Assembly: GCA_043228905.1 (NCBI GenBank) | Contig: JBHGNT010000004.1 | Location: forward strand, 4,650,001-4,714,000 | Reading direction: 5' to 3' | DNA: 64,000 bases | From: Azolla caroliniana | Taxonomy: Eukaryota > Plantae > Polypodiophyta | In this document: piece by piece, positions 20,982-32,743 of the stretch | Position numbering within the stretch: the stretch's first letter is position 1 | How the letters are laid out: each line of letters begins with the position of its first letter | Made by a program: the position numbers and the translations under genes | Notes under the pieces: model-generated | The model's database searches: none | What the model saw: the letters and a program-made list of their open reading frames with translations, nothing else | What the model was told of the DNA's origin: nothing

Positions 20982-22847
20982 ATCTTCACTACTGGTGTGA
21001 AGGTCTCGTCGTAGTTGATTCCATGGGTCTGCGCATATCCCTTGGCCACCAGTCGAGCCTTGTACCGGTTGACTGAACCGTCAACGTTGTATTTCACTTT
21101 ATACACCCATTTGCAACAGATCAGTTTGCAGTTTTGGGGAGGGTCAACCAAGTCCCATGTGTCGTTGGCATCGAGTGCCCACATTTCTTCCTCCATAGCA
21201 GCACACCAATTCGCGTCCTTTGCCGCATTTGCGTAGCTCTCTGGCTCACGCACTTTGGCCACCTTTGTCATGTACGCATAATGATGTGCCATGTACTTGT
21301 CATACCCATACCGTAGCATGGGGTTCTTTTGGCGGGAAGATCAGCATAGCTTCTAATTCGCCGATTTTAGGGCCCTATTGGCCGAATCGGACTTCGTTTC
21401 TGAAGGTCCTTCTTCATTCTTTGTGGTGTCGGATTCGCTCTGATCGGACTCTTCCTTGTTGGTGCCATACTCTGGCATCTTGTTCTTCCCCTTTTCCTTG
21501 CGCATGTACTGTCTCCTTGGTTCCTTACGCGGTGAGTGCACGATAGAGTCTCCAGTACTCGCCGGCTCATCATCCGACTAGTCGTTTCGACTTAGTCGCT
21601 CATTTGGCCCGCTTGGCCGGAATGAGATCAGACTCTCCTCCAGAGTGCCAATATCCTCTTCTTCTTCTTCTTCTCGGATCATATCAAGTTCACTGGCCTC
21701 ATCTTCGGTGATTGGGTGGTTGGAGTTTTCGGGAGTCGGAGTCGGAGTCGATAAGGAGTACCATGATGCCGACTCATTGAATTTGACATCTCGGCTCACT
21801 CGAACTTGTTTGGTCCGTGGGTTATAACACTTATACCCCTTCTATTCATGTGAGTAGCTGACCAATATGCACTTCTCCGACTTCGCGTCCTGCTTCTTCC
21901 TCTTCTCATCCGGCACATTTACATATGCAATGCTGCCGAATACCCTCAAAAGTCTCAAGTTTGGCTTCCGCCCGAAATATAGTTCATGTGCCGACACCTT
22001 TTGACCTATCCAGTTTTGGATGTAGAACTCTATCTGGACTGCTTTGGCCCAGTAAAATTTGGGCATGCTCTTCTCCTCTAGCATTGCCCTTGTCGCTTCG
22101 ACAATCGACCAGTTCTTCCTTTCAGCTAAGCCGTTCTGTTTAAGTGAAACAAAGCTTAGTCGAGAGGGAAACAAAGAGGAAGATTAAGTGCTTGCGGTCG
22201 GATGGCGAAAAGGAATACTTTTCTAGCGTATATCTACAGTTGAACTCTCACCGAATTCCCATTTGTCGTAGATAACAATTGAATTGGCCAGAAAAGTATG
22301 CCTTTTCGCCATCTGACCGTAGGCACTTAATCTTCTTCTTTGTTTCCCTCTCGGCTAACATTTGTAAGTTCCGGAAACAATTAAAGACTCTGCTTTTCTT
22401 CTTAATGAGGTAGATCCATGTGTGTCGGTTGTAGTCATTGATGAATGAGACGAAGTATCGGCTCATGCCTAGGTGTACATTTTGTGTCGGTCCCCATACA
22501 CCCGAATGTATCACATCTAGCTTGTTCCAGCTCCGGTTTCATTTGTTGGGAAATGGAAGTCGGTGTTGCTTCCCAAGCTGGCAGGCTTCACAAAATTGGG
22601 CCTTCCGGCCACTGAATTTCGGCATGCTGAATACTACTTGTTTCGACTACATATCCTAAAGCCTTTGGTAGTTGACGTGGCCGATCCGCTTATGCCATAG
22701 GTTGATATCCGACTTGACTTTCTGTCCCTTCGCAAACAATACAGTGCCAACGTCGTTGGTGTCGAGGATGAACATCCTCCCTTCCCAGTGCCCTTGCGCA
22801 ATAATCTGGCCCTCTTCCTCGATGACGCACCCGAGGTGGGTGAATCA

Positions 22848-25800
22848 TGTTGGGATTTCGGTCCCTTCGGATGGGATGGTCGGATGTCAGAGATGAATGA
22901 CGACAAGCCCGGTTGCTGTTTCGGAACCGGATGATGAAGATCCCGGCTTCGGAGCCGGATGACGAATGTACCCGGAGAGAGATCCGGATGCGGGGACATA
23001 TTTGTGAATATGTTTGCCAAGGGCCCTTGAGGCTATAGTTGTAAATAGCCCGAAAGTCATATGTGTATAAATATGACTTAGGGCAAACAGTTTTACTGTT
23101 GCTACTCATTTTTCTGTTTTTCCACTCAAGAGGAGTGAAGAGAGAGCAGCCGTGAGAGAGATAGAGCGTGAGAGAGGAAGAGGTCGACGCCTCTGTGTAT
23201 TTCCGCCGCCTGTGGCGAGGACAGCGAGCTCAAGGTCGTCGCCTTGCAGCTCGCCATTGTATACTTCTCTGTGCATAGTTTTGGTTCGGAGTCTTGTACT
23301 CCCGTGGTTTTTCCCGTACAGGGTTTTCCACGTTAAATCGTGTGTCCACTGCATTTCCCATTTTCTGCAACAACGATTCGTGTGTTTTCCTTGGTTGTGG
23401 CCGAGAGGTGAAGTTTGGAAAGTTTCGATTATTTCCATCAATTTGGTATCAGAGCGAGTTGCTGCAGAAAATGGAAGGCGGCGGCAGCGGGCAGCCGGGG
23501 ATGATGGTGCTGAATGCGCAGAATTACGCCGACTGGAAGATCAAGATGGAGGATCTTCTGATTGTTCGGGACCTGTACGAACCGATTGACAGGTCGGAAA
23601 TACCGAAGGGGGTACTTGAGTCGGAATGGAGGCTTCTGAACCGGAAAGCCGTTGCAACCATTCGGCAATACGTAGACGTGAGCGTTCTACAACATGTGGC
23701 GAACGACACCAACGCATATGAGATGTGGCGGAAGCTGTCGGGCCTCTATGAGAGGAAGAATGCGTTGAACCGGACCTCCCTGATGAGGAAGATAGTGAAC
23801 CTCAAGTACCGGGACGGCGAGAGTATGGTGGAACACGTAAGCACGTTCATGGGATTCGTGAACCAGCTTGCGGCGATCAAGTTCCCGCTGGAGGATGCAA
23901 TGCAAGCCATCATTCTGATGTGTACATTGCCGGAAAGCTGGGAGAACTTGGTGGTGACTCTCAGCACCTCCTGCACCGAAGATAACTTGTCCCTACAAAC
24001 GGTAAAGACAAGTATTTTGAACGAAGAAGCGCGTCGGAGAGATAAAGAACCGGCCTCCGACTCGAAGGCGCTGCTTACCGAATCGGAACGGGGAAGACAA
24101 TGGAACCGGAGTCCGCAAAGACGGGAGAAGTCGGGGACCCGATCGCAGTCAAGAGGAAGACCCACATGCTTCCACTGTGGGAAGCCGGGGCACTTCCGGA
24201 AGAATTGTCGGCATTACCGAAAAGACAACGGAGCAGACGACACCGATCCGAAGAAGTCTTCGGAACGGAACGGTGCTTACCGGGGAGCCACGGACCGGAA
24301 TGGTTCGGATCGGCGAGGGCAGGACCGAAAAGGAACGACGGCACTCGCGGCAAGTGAAGAGGAGATCATGCTCATCACCGAAGAAGGTGAACTAAACATT
24401 GCCGGCGATGAGACTACCTGGGTGGTCGATTCCGGAGCGTCGTTCCACTTGACCCCGGAAAGAAGATACTTCTCATCCTACACAACCGGTGAGCATGGCT
24501 GTGTTCGGATGGGAAATGAAGGTACGTGCCGGATTGCCGGCATAGGAGACGTGTGGTTGACAACCCCAACCGGATGCAAAATGCTGCTGAAGGATGTCCG
24601 ACACGTTCCGGAGGTTCGATTGAACCTGATTTCGGCCGGGAGGCTAGACGATGAAGGCTACACAGGTAGCATCCGGAACGGCGTAATGAAGTTCAGCAAG
24701 GGAATCCTGATAGTGGCTCGGGCCCGGAAAGTCAACACACTGTACCTTATGAATGCTTGGTTGTGTCCGGAAGAGTTGAACGTGGCAGCTGACACTGCCG
24801 GTGAGCTGTGGCACAAGAGACTGTGCCACATGAGTGAGAAGGGGATGAAGAGGCTTGCAGAAGACAACCTTATTCCAGTGAAGCATGTGCACCTGGAGAA
24901 GTGCACCGATTGCCTGGCCGGTAAGCAGAACCGAACCTCCTTCCACTCAAGGCCACCGACGAGACGTAGCGCACCATTGGAGTTGGTGCACACTGATGTG
25001 TGTCAGGTAGAAACGAAGTCGCATGGCGGAGCCCAGTACTTCGTAACATTCATTGATGATCACAGCCGGAAGCTGTGGACGGCACCGTTGAAGACAAAGG
25101 ACCAAGTGTTGTGTGTCTTCAAAGAACTCCACGCGAGAGTGGAAAGGGAATCCGGCAAGAAGCTGAAAGCGATACGAGCGGATAACGGAGGGGAATACCG
25201 GGGGCAGTTCGCGGAGTACTGTCGCTCGAAGGGAATCCGGCTCGAGTTTACTGTGCCGAAGACGCCGGAACTGAACGGGCTGGCCGAGAGGATGAACCGG
25301 ACCATAATGGAGAGGGTCCGGAGTATGCTGGCGCATGCGAAATTACCCAAGGGGTTTTGGGCTGAGGCAATGTCGACGGCGACATACGTGATAAACAGAT
25401 CACCCTCAGTACCTTTGGACGGAGACACGCCGCAGAGAGTGTGGACCGGTAGGGAAGTATCCTACCGGCATCTGAAGGTGTTCGGGTGTCTCGCATATGT
25501 GCATGTGGCTAAGGACCGGAGAGGAAAGCTAGATCCAAAGACCCGGCCATGCATATTCCTCGGTTACGGCGATGACGAGTTCGGCTACCGAGTATGGGAC
25601 CCGGTCGACAAGAAGATATTCCGGAGTCGTGATATCATCTTCATGGAGAACAAGACACTCGCCGACTGGGAGTCGGAGAAGAAGATGAAGAGCTCCAAGT
25701 CGACCGGTGAGGATCAACTCTATGAGGAGCAGTCCCGACCGGCAAGGGACCGGTTAGCACTCGAGGATCCGGCCGAAGACGGTGAAGAAACAGAACCGGC

Positions 25801-28147
25801 CGAAGAAGATGAAAATGATACCGGAACCGGCCCCGATCCCGAAATGGATTCGGATGAAGAAGAATCGGAAGAACCGGTTACCGAAGCTCCGGAACGGAGA
25901 TATCCTCTAAGAGAGAGAAGGGCCCCCTAGAGATTTCCGGAACCAGAGCACGTGCTGCTAACCGACGAAGGGGAGCCGGAGAGCTTTGAAGAAGCAAAGC
26001 ATGACACCCAGAGCCGCAGGTGGTTGAGTGCCATGCAGGACGAGATGGATTCCCTGCATGAGAACCACACATATGAACTTGTGGAGTTGCCGAAAGGAAA
26101 GCGGGCACTTCGAAACAAGTGGGTGTTCAAGCTGAAACCGGGAGATGCCGGAAACCCCCCGAGATACAAAGCCAGGATCATGGTGAAGGGGTTTCAGCAG
26201 AAGAAGGGCGTCGACTTCGACGAGATATTTGCCCCGGTAGTGAAGATGACCTCCATCCGGACGGTGCTGAGCATAGCGGCAAGCATGGACCTCGAGGTAG
26301 AACAGATGGACGTGAAGACGGCATTCCTTCACGGTGACCTCGAAGAAGAGATCTACATGCAGCAACCGGAAGGATTCGAGAAGAAAGGGAAGGAGCACCT
26401 GGTATGCCGGTTGAAGAAGAGCCTTTACGGACTGAAGCAGGCTCCCCGGCAATGGTACCGGAAGTTCGACTCTTTCATGACCGACGAAGGGTACCTCAAA
26501 ACGCAGTCCGACCACTGCGTGTTTGTGAAGAAGTTCGAAGGAGGAGACTTTCTAATACTCCTCCTGTACGTGGACGACATGTTGATCGTCGGACGAGACC
26601 AGGTCAAGATACGGATGCTGAAGAAGGCTCTTCACCGAACCTTCTCAATGAAGGACCTGGGTCCGGCGAGGCAAATACTAGGGATGCACATCATCCGGGA
26701 CCGGAAGAAGAAGCAGTTGTGGCTGTCACAGGAGAAGTACGTGACAAAGGTGCTTCACCGGTTCAACATGTCGGAAGCAAGACCGGTCGGATCGACCCTC
26801 CCGGCAAACTGCAAGCTGTCCAGCAAGCAGAGCCCCAAGACAAAGGCTGAGAAGGAGGACATGATGAAAGTACCATATGCCTCTGCCGTCGGGAGCTTGA
26901 TGTACGCAATGGTGTGTACCCGACCGGACATCGGATATGCAGTCGGAGTGGTGAGCCGGTACATGAGCAATCCCGGCAAAGAGCATTGGAACGCGGCCAA
27001 GTGGATACTCCGATACCTGAAGGGCACGGCAAACGTGTGCCTCCGATTCGGCTCCGGTAAGCCCGAACTCGACGGCTTCACCGATTCGGATATGTCGGCT
27101 GATGCAGATACCAGCCGGTCCACATCAGGGTATGTGATGACGTATGCAGGGGGAGTTGTTTCATGGCAGTCGAGGCTGCAGAAGACGGTTGCGTTGTCAA
27201 CCACGGAGGCGGAGTACATGGCGGCTGTTGAAGCCGGCAAGGAAATAATATGGATGAAGGACTTCATTAGAGAGCTCGGTATCCGGCAGGAGGAGTACCG
27301 ACTCTACTGCGACAATCAGAGTGCAATCCACCTTGCGAAGAACGCGGCCTATCACTCCCGGACGAAGCACATCCAGCGAAGATATCACTGGATCCGGGAA
27401 AGGATAGAAGACAAGGAGTTCGTGCTGACGAAGGTCCACACGGACGAGAACGGGTCGGATATGCTGACCAAGGTGCTCACACCCGACAAGCTGGAAGCAT
27501 GCCGGAAGAGGATCGGATTGGAGAGACATCCCATGCCGAAGTGAAGGGGGAGTTTGTTGGGATTTCGGTCCCTTCGGATGGGATGGTCGGATGTCAGAGA
27601 TGAATGACGACAAGCCCGGTTGCTGTTTCGGAACCGGATGATGAAGATCCCGGCTTCGGAGCCGGATGACAAATGTACCCGGAGAGAGATCCGGATGCGG
27701 GGACATATTTGTGAATATGTTTGCCAAGGGCCCTTGAGGCTATAGTTGTAAATAGCCCGAAAGTCATATGTGTATAAATATGACTTAGGGCAAACAGTTT
27801 TACTGTTGCTACTCATTTTTCTGTTTTTCCACTCAAGAGGAGTGAAGAGAGAGCAGCCGTGAGAGAGATAGAGCGTGAGAGAGGAAGAGGTCGACGCCTC
27901 TGTGTATTTCCGCCGCCTGTGGCGAGGACAGCGAGCTCAAGGTCGTCGCCTTGCAGCTCGCCATTGTATACTTCTCTGTGCATAGTTTTGGTTCGGAGTC
28001 TTGTACTCCCGTGGTTTTTCCCGTACAGGGTTTTCCACGTTAAATCGTGTGTCCACTGCATTTCCCATTTTCTGCAACAACGATTCGTGTGTTTTCCTTG
28101 GTTGTGGCCGAGAGGTGAAGTTTGGAAAGTTTCGATTATTTCCATCA
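22848..28147 (+). mobile_element. Copia element E: full-length, very young Ty1/copia LTR retrotransposon (Tnt1/Tork-like)
   Basis: 593-bp LTRs at 22848-23440 and 27555-28147 (TG..CA); I see one substitution between them (gacgaatg vs gacaaatg). TSD AATCA at 22843-22847 and 28148-28152. PBS TGGTATCAGAGC at 23444-23455. PPT gaagggggag at 27543-27552. Confidence 0.98.
23471..27544 (+). CDS. Gag-pol polyprotein of element E, interrupted by one in-frame TAG (25928-25930)
   Basis: Zinc knuckle CFHCGKPGHFRKNC, protease WVVDSGAS, GAG-pre-integrase, integrase (HTDVC, RADNGGEY, NGLAERMNRT), RT (MDVKTAFLHG, YVDDM) and RNase H (FTDSD, STTEAEY, CDNQSA). ORFs 23294-25930 and 25952-27544 are in the same frame. 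Confidence 0.93.
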
Positions 28148-30577
28148 AATCAAACTTGCATTCCTTGGAGGACAATCTGTTTGACTTACACCAAATTCTT
28201 TGTAATTGTTGGGACGTGCAACACGTTCATGAGTCTCCCCTTTAGTCCGATATGGCTAAGAAGGACTTCGCCAACATGTTCGATTGGGTGCGGAATGTCG
28301 TCTCCGGTTTCGACCACTCCCAATTGCTCCGATTTCTCTAAATACAAGATCCACCCTTCATGGTTCGTCATGTGATTTGATGCTCAGGAATCAACGTACC
28401 ACACCTCATCCGATTGTGAGGTCTTCTTCTTCATGGAATTTGCCTCGTGTTTCATCACAAAGGCTGGCCCTTTTCTGGTTTTGGGTTCTTCCGACCCTTC
28501 GGCGAAATGCGACCTTTGTCGGCTCCCTTGTTCGGCTTTGCCAAATCCGGATTTGTAAGAATCCATGCACTTCTTCCAACATTCCCTCTCTCGATGACCT
28601 TTCTGGCCACAATACCAGCATTCTATTTCGGCTTTTCCTTGTTGGTTTCCGGCGTCCCTTGAATCCCCCTACTTGTGGAAGGTTTGGAACTATTGTCGTT
28701 ACCACCTTTGTGCCTTCTTTTCTGCTCTTGTCGGTCGCCACCATTGTGTGCCGATCCACCTCGTCCTCCACGGTCATGGGGCCGATCTACCTCCGTGTAC
28801 AACATTCGGTTGTCACATTGCGTGCTCCTTGAAGCACCCGCGTGGTTTTCTTCGACTAGAATCATCGATTACAAGTCGAAGAATGATGGTGGCTTCTGCC
28901 GTGTGCATATTGCCATCTGGATTGGCCCGTACCTCTGTGCTAGACCACCTAGGCAAATCTGCACCATTTCATCCTCGTCCACCGTCACGTTGATGGATCC
29001 GAGGGCATCATAGATCTCCTTTATCTTCATGGTGTAGTCGGTTACGCACATATCCCTTTCTCGGATATTGTTGAGCTCTTGTTGGAGCTGCAACTTCTGG
29101 CCCGTGGTACTTGCGGCAAAAATCTTTTTCAGGTTTTCCTAGGCTTCCTTCGACATCTTTGCGTTTTTTATGTAGCCTAACATTTGGTCATGCACACAGG
29201 ACGCGAGGCAGTACAACACTCTGCTCGTTGCTTGTTCCCAAGCCGAGAAATCCTTGTCTGCCGAATCCGGCGCTACATCGTTTCCTCGTTCGAAATAACT
29301 CTAGTAGCCATGCCCTAACAGGTACTGGTGCATCTTGTACAACCAAGATGCATAGTTATTCCGGTTAAGCTTTTCGATGGGAAGTGAGCTCGTCATGCTT
29401 CTGTCCATTTTCCTTCTTTCTTCTTTTTCTGTTTTTTACCGAGTGTTAGGTTTTTGGTTTTTCTGAGCACTTGTCGGCAACAGAGGATTCTCAACCCTTG
29501 TTCTCTGATACCATGAAAAGAATATCGTGAGAAAGCTAACAGACACAACCGGCTCAACCGGATAGCAACAAAAAATAAATGAAGGTTTAATGGAAAGCTT
29601 AGAAGATACACAGAGAACGCGGGAGAGATAGAGAGAGCAGAACACACAGAAAATTCAATTTCAAAAAATGATACTCTGTACATACGTTTTATACAAGTCC
29701 TTAAAAGGATTGACAGAGGTACTAACATGTACTTCAATGCTCATAAATGAGCGACTGACAATAACTCCTAAAACTAAGCCTATCTACTAGGCTAGGATCG
29801 TAGGCCTCTAACGGCCTACCAGTTCTCGTGGATCCGACTCTCCAATCCAATCCGGCCCATGTTGGGCTTGCTTCTCAACAGAAGGTTTGATTGGTTGCGA
29901 GAGAGAGTAGAAGATGGTGACTTCGCTTTAGTGAAGATCACACTGATGACAATGGGTTAGATATGATGACAAAAACTCTACCTAAGGAGAAGCTTGTTGT
30001 TTGTCGTATGAGAGCATGATTGGTTGATTCTCCCATATAGGAGTGAAGGGGGAGTTTGTTGTGGTTTGTGTTCCTCCTTATGGGAGAAGAGAGTCGAAAT
30101 GCCGAAAACGGTCGGAAGGTAAAAAAATGGCCGAAGGATCGAAAGTATATGTGTGTGTGTGAAACTAAGTTAAGTTTTTTAACCAAGAAATTGTTAGACA
30201 GAAGAGGACAACAATAAGAACGATTAGAGAGAGGATTCAGAAGACAATCTGCAGGGGTCGTGGCATCGCCGTCTTTGAGTGTGCAACTCTCCTAATTAGG
30301 TTCTACTGTTCCGTTTTCTTATTGTCTTGGTACCAAGGTTGTAGCCTTGATGCCAAAATATTCCTCAAGCGATATTCAAAGAGTTTGTAATCACTTATAC
30401 ACTCACTTGATCCCTGATTTGGGGTTTTCCATGTAAAATCTCGTGTGTTCTGTTGCATCCTTACTTTATTGTTTTATCTATCATTGTTTGTCAATTTGCC
30501 CATAAGATCCTATCATTGTTTGTGGACAATGTGTGTGTTTATTTTGGGTTGATTCTAATTCCTAGTATATCTTTCAT

Positions 30578-31460
30578 GCAAGGATTGGGTTATGTTGAAG
30601 ATGTGTGGAATGCTTTGTCAAATGTGATAAAATGTAGATCATAGTATCATGGTGTGATACTCAGACAATTGGAAACTTGTTTTAGGGCAAAATGTGTGAA
30701 TTAGTCTCATCACCTATACCCCGACGGATTTAGTTTTATTGAGACAATTGTTTAGATGGTGAACAATGGGATGGGTTCTAACTTATCAGAGGCCTCGCCT
30801 ACACTATTTCGGGATGCTTTTCGCCCTCAAACCTTCAATCCTTTGTTTCACTTCAAAACCACATTATTGGTGGGGAGCAACACCAACATTGCCATTAACC
30901 CTAACATTGAGGATACCACCATATCCCTTAAGGGCATACCTACTCTTTACATGTGGCCCCCTTTCAAGGCAACAACAAACCCGTGCCCAAATCTAACACC
31001 TCCCAAACTCCCCAAACCATAGTTTTAGAAAGAGACAATGTCATATACATACACAAAATTCCGAGTTGAGGATGATGCCTACTCATAGTGCTTTGTTCAA
31101 TGAATCAACTAAGGCTTGTAGATACCTACTGATTCAATAATCATCTATGGTCGCAAGGAGCCACATTGGTTCACAGTTCCCTGCCTTGGGCCGAGACCGA
31201 ACCACCTAGATCCATCCATACTATTTTTTTTTTTGTATTGGGGGCCACATTGGAGGTGTTTTGTCTCAATTGCCCTCTAGACTAAAAATCAAGGTGCTAC
31301 TTTGGAAGTTTATCACCACCTCCAAACCACATCGTGAAACCGAAGACTATATGAAGCATGGATATCATATTTGGTAACATGCCCTAAGTCAAAGAGCCAA
31401 ATGATAACAAAAAATGTGAAACAGATGATGATCCTCAAGAACACGGAGCAAGCCATCTTT
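30578..31460 (+). mobile_element. Degenerate LINE (L1-like) ORF2 remnant, target of copia element A
   Basis: Broken reading frames with RT-like text (HYFGMLFAL, compare the YLG.P motif). Coding-like composition without an intact ORF. Confidence 0.4.
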
Positions 31461-31464
31461 GATG

Positions 31465-31803
31465 TTAGAATTAGAATTAGAATTTTTATCGTCCATAAAG
31501 AGGCCAATTTTGACCTATAGGACCAGAGTATACATGCGTTCTTGATATATGTCTCCTTCCTAAGAAGGGGTATTCATATGTTGAAGCACAAAGTCTCTAT
31601 GTGTTAATAAAGCATACACATATGAGCTCAACCTTCTAGGTAGTGTCTTAAGCATGGATCTTAAGTTATCACTCCCTCTTAGTATGTCAACATATCTTGA
31701 ACGAATTGCACTATATGTCGAGCATGTAAAGAGCAAGTAACATTCATCCTCTACCATGCCTTTATTGCATACTTTACATGTCTTCAAATTCGTTACATTT
31801 TGA
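31465..31803 (-). mobile_element. 5'-truncated LINE 3' end with (TTCTAA)3 tail
   Basis: ORF 31560-31811 (CKVCNKGMVEDECYLLFTCSTYSAIR) matches the CxxC..EDE.H.LF.C..Y..IR C-terminal zinc motif of RTE-like LINEs. Short tandem tail at 31465-31482. Confidence 0.8.
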
Positions 31804-31839
31804 TTGTGCATGTCATCCTTGCGCAGGGGCCATGCTAAT
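31804..31839 (-). pseudogene. U6: U6 snRNA internal fragment (retro-chimera)
   Basis: Reverse complement ATTAGCATGGCCCCTGCGCAAGGATGACA(TGCACAA) matches the conserved U6 core including the ISL. The U6 5' stem and intact ACAGAGA box are absent. Confidence 0.9.
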
Positions 31840-31928
31840 GTCTCCTTCCTAAGAAGGGGTATTCATATGTTGATGACTTGAAATCGAATCTTGCCTAAAA
31901 AAACCTCAACTATAAAGGATGTGCTTGG

Positions 31929-32557
31929 TAGTAATGGGCTCGGTTCGGTTAGATTTCTTTGTCTTGAAGCCAAACCGAACTAAACCAAACCATTTATATA
32001 AAACAAAAATCAAACCAAACTAAACCGTTTATGAACTTTCAAGCCAAACCATTTAAGAAAAGGTAAACCAAACTATTTAAACCAAAATCGTTTAGGGAAA
32101 AGTTGAAACCAAACCGAGCCATTTAATAAAAAGTTAAAACCTAATTACATTTACGCCAAACTAATTGAAAAATTAAATAAATAAAAATACACTAAATTAA
32201 ATAAGCATTTATGTTTAAATAAATAAATAAATAAATAGGCATTAATTAAGCCATTAGATTAAATAAACATTTAAGTTAAGTGAATTAAATCAATAAAAAA
32301 CATTAATTAAACCATTAAATTACATAATCATTTAAGGGATAAAAAAAGTTAGCCCAAAAACCTATAAACCTTTAAACCAAACCACTTAAACTTGTAAACT
32401 AATAAACTCCAATTTTAGAACTAAACCGAACTAAAAACAAACCGTTTATTACTAATTAAAACCAAACCAAACCATTTAATTATTTTGGAACTTATAAACC
32501 TTTAAACCATGGCTTAATGGTTCAGTTCGGTTTGAGCCGAAACCAAGCCTATTGCTA
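31929..32557. mobile_element. hAT-like MITE
   Basis: TIRs TAGTAATGGGCTCGGTTCGG and (reverse complement) TAGCAATAGGCTTGGTTTCGG. 8-bp flanks gtgcttgg and gtgcgtag (6/8 match). Many subterminal AAACC(G/A) motifs around an AT-rich core. Confidence 0.8.
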
Positions 32558-32743
32558 GTGCGTAGGACGGTCCTAAAGAACACTTATGTATGGATGGGGG
32601 CAACCATGCTTATTCTGTAACACATTAGTTATTGTATCCATGTTTGTAAATTATACATTATTTTTCCCAATTTTTGTTAAGCATCCATCCAAGCTTATCA
32701 TGGGTTTAGTGTTGTTTGTCAACAAAACTTGAGAGAGAGATAG

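Larger units (their letters stand above)
20982..29880 (-). mobile_element. Copia element D, 5' portion (LTR 29514-29880, PBS, gag-protease-integrase-RT start), host of element E
   Basis: Minus-strand PBS at 29503-29513. Fragments include WYVDS, HSGVWGP, LRSDGEK, NGLAERKN and [19 protein letters not shown], truncated by the LTR of element C at 20981. Confidence 0.88.
10218..30572 (+). mobile_element. Copia element A (Tnt1/Tork-like), degenerate outer host of the nest; internal parts 10743-13145 and 29881-30056
   Basis: LTRs 10218-10742 and 30057-30572, both starting TGTTGTGGTTTGTG. TSD TTCAT at 10213-10217 and 30573-30577. PPT gaagggggag precedes the 3' LTR. Gag, protease and integrase remnants with stops and frameshifts (MIVLNSENYSDWKIKMEDLL...); RNase H tail at 29881-30020. 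RT is missing. Confidence 0.92.

Noticed and set aside
22861-22870. GTCCCTTCGG in the element E LTR matches the 5' end of plant U6
   Set aside because: Only 10 nt match and the U6 sequence does not continue; this is compatible with chance.
25928-25930. U-to-C RNA editing rescuing the stop codon
   Set aside because: Plant U-to-C editing is known from organelles; there is no basis for it in a nuclear retroelement.
23438-27816. Numerous antisense and alternate-frame ORFs in element E
   Set aside because: Expected in GC-rich coding DNA with few stops; none has recognisable motifs.
31804-31839. Functional U6 snRNA gene
   Set aside because: Lacks the U6 5' stem-loop, an intact ACAGAGA box, the 3' U-tract and a recognisable USE/TATA promoter.
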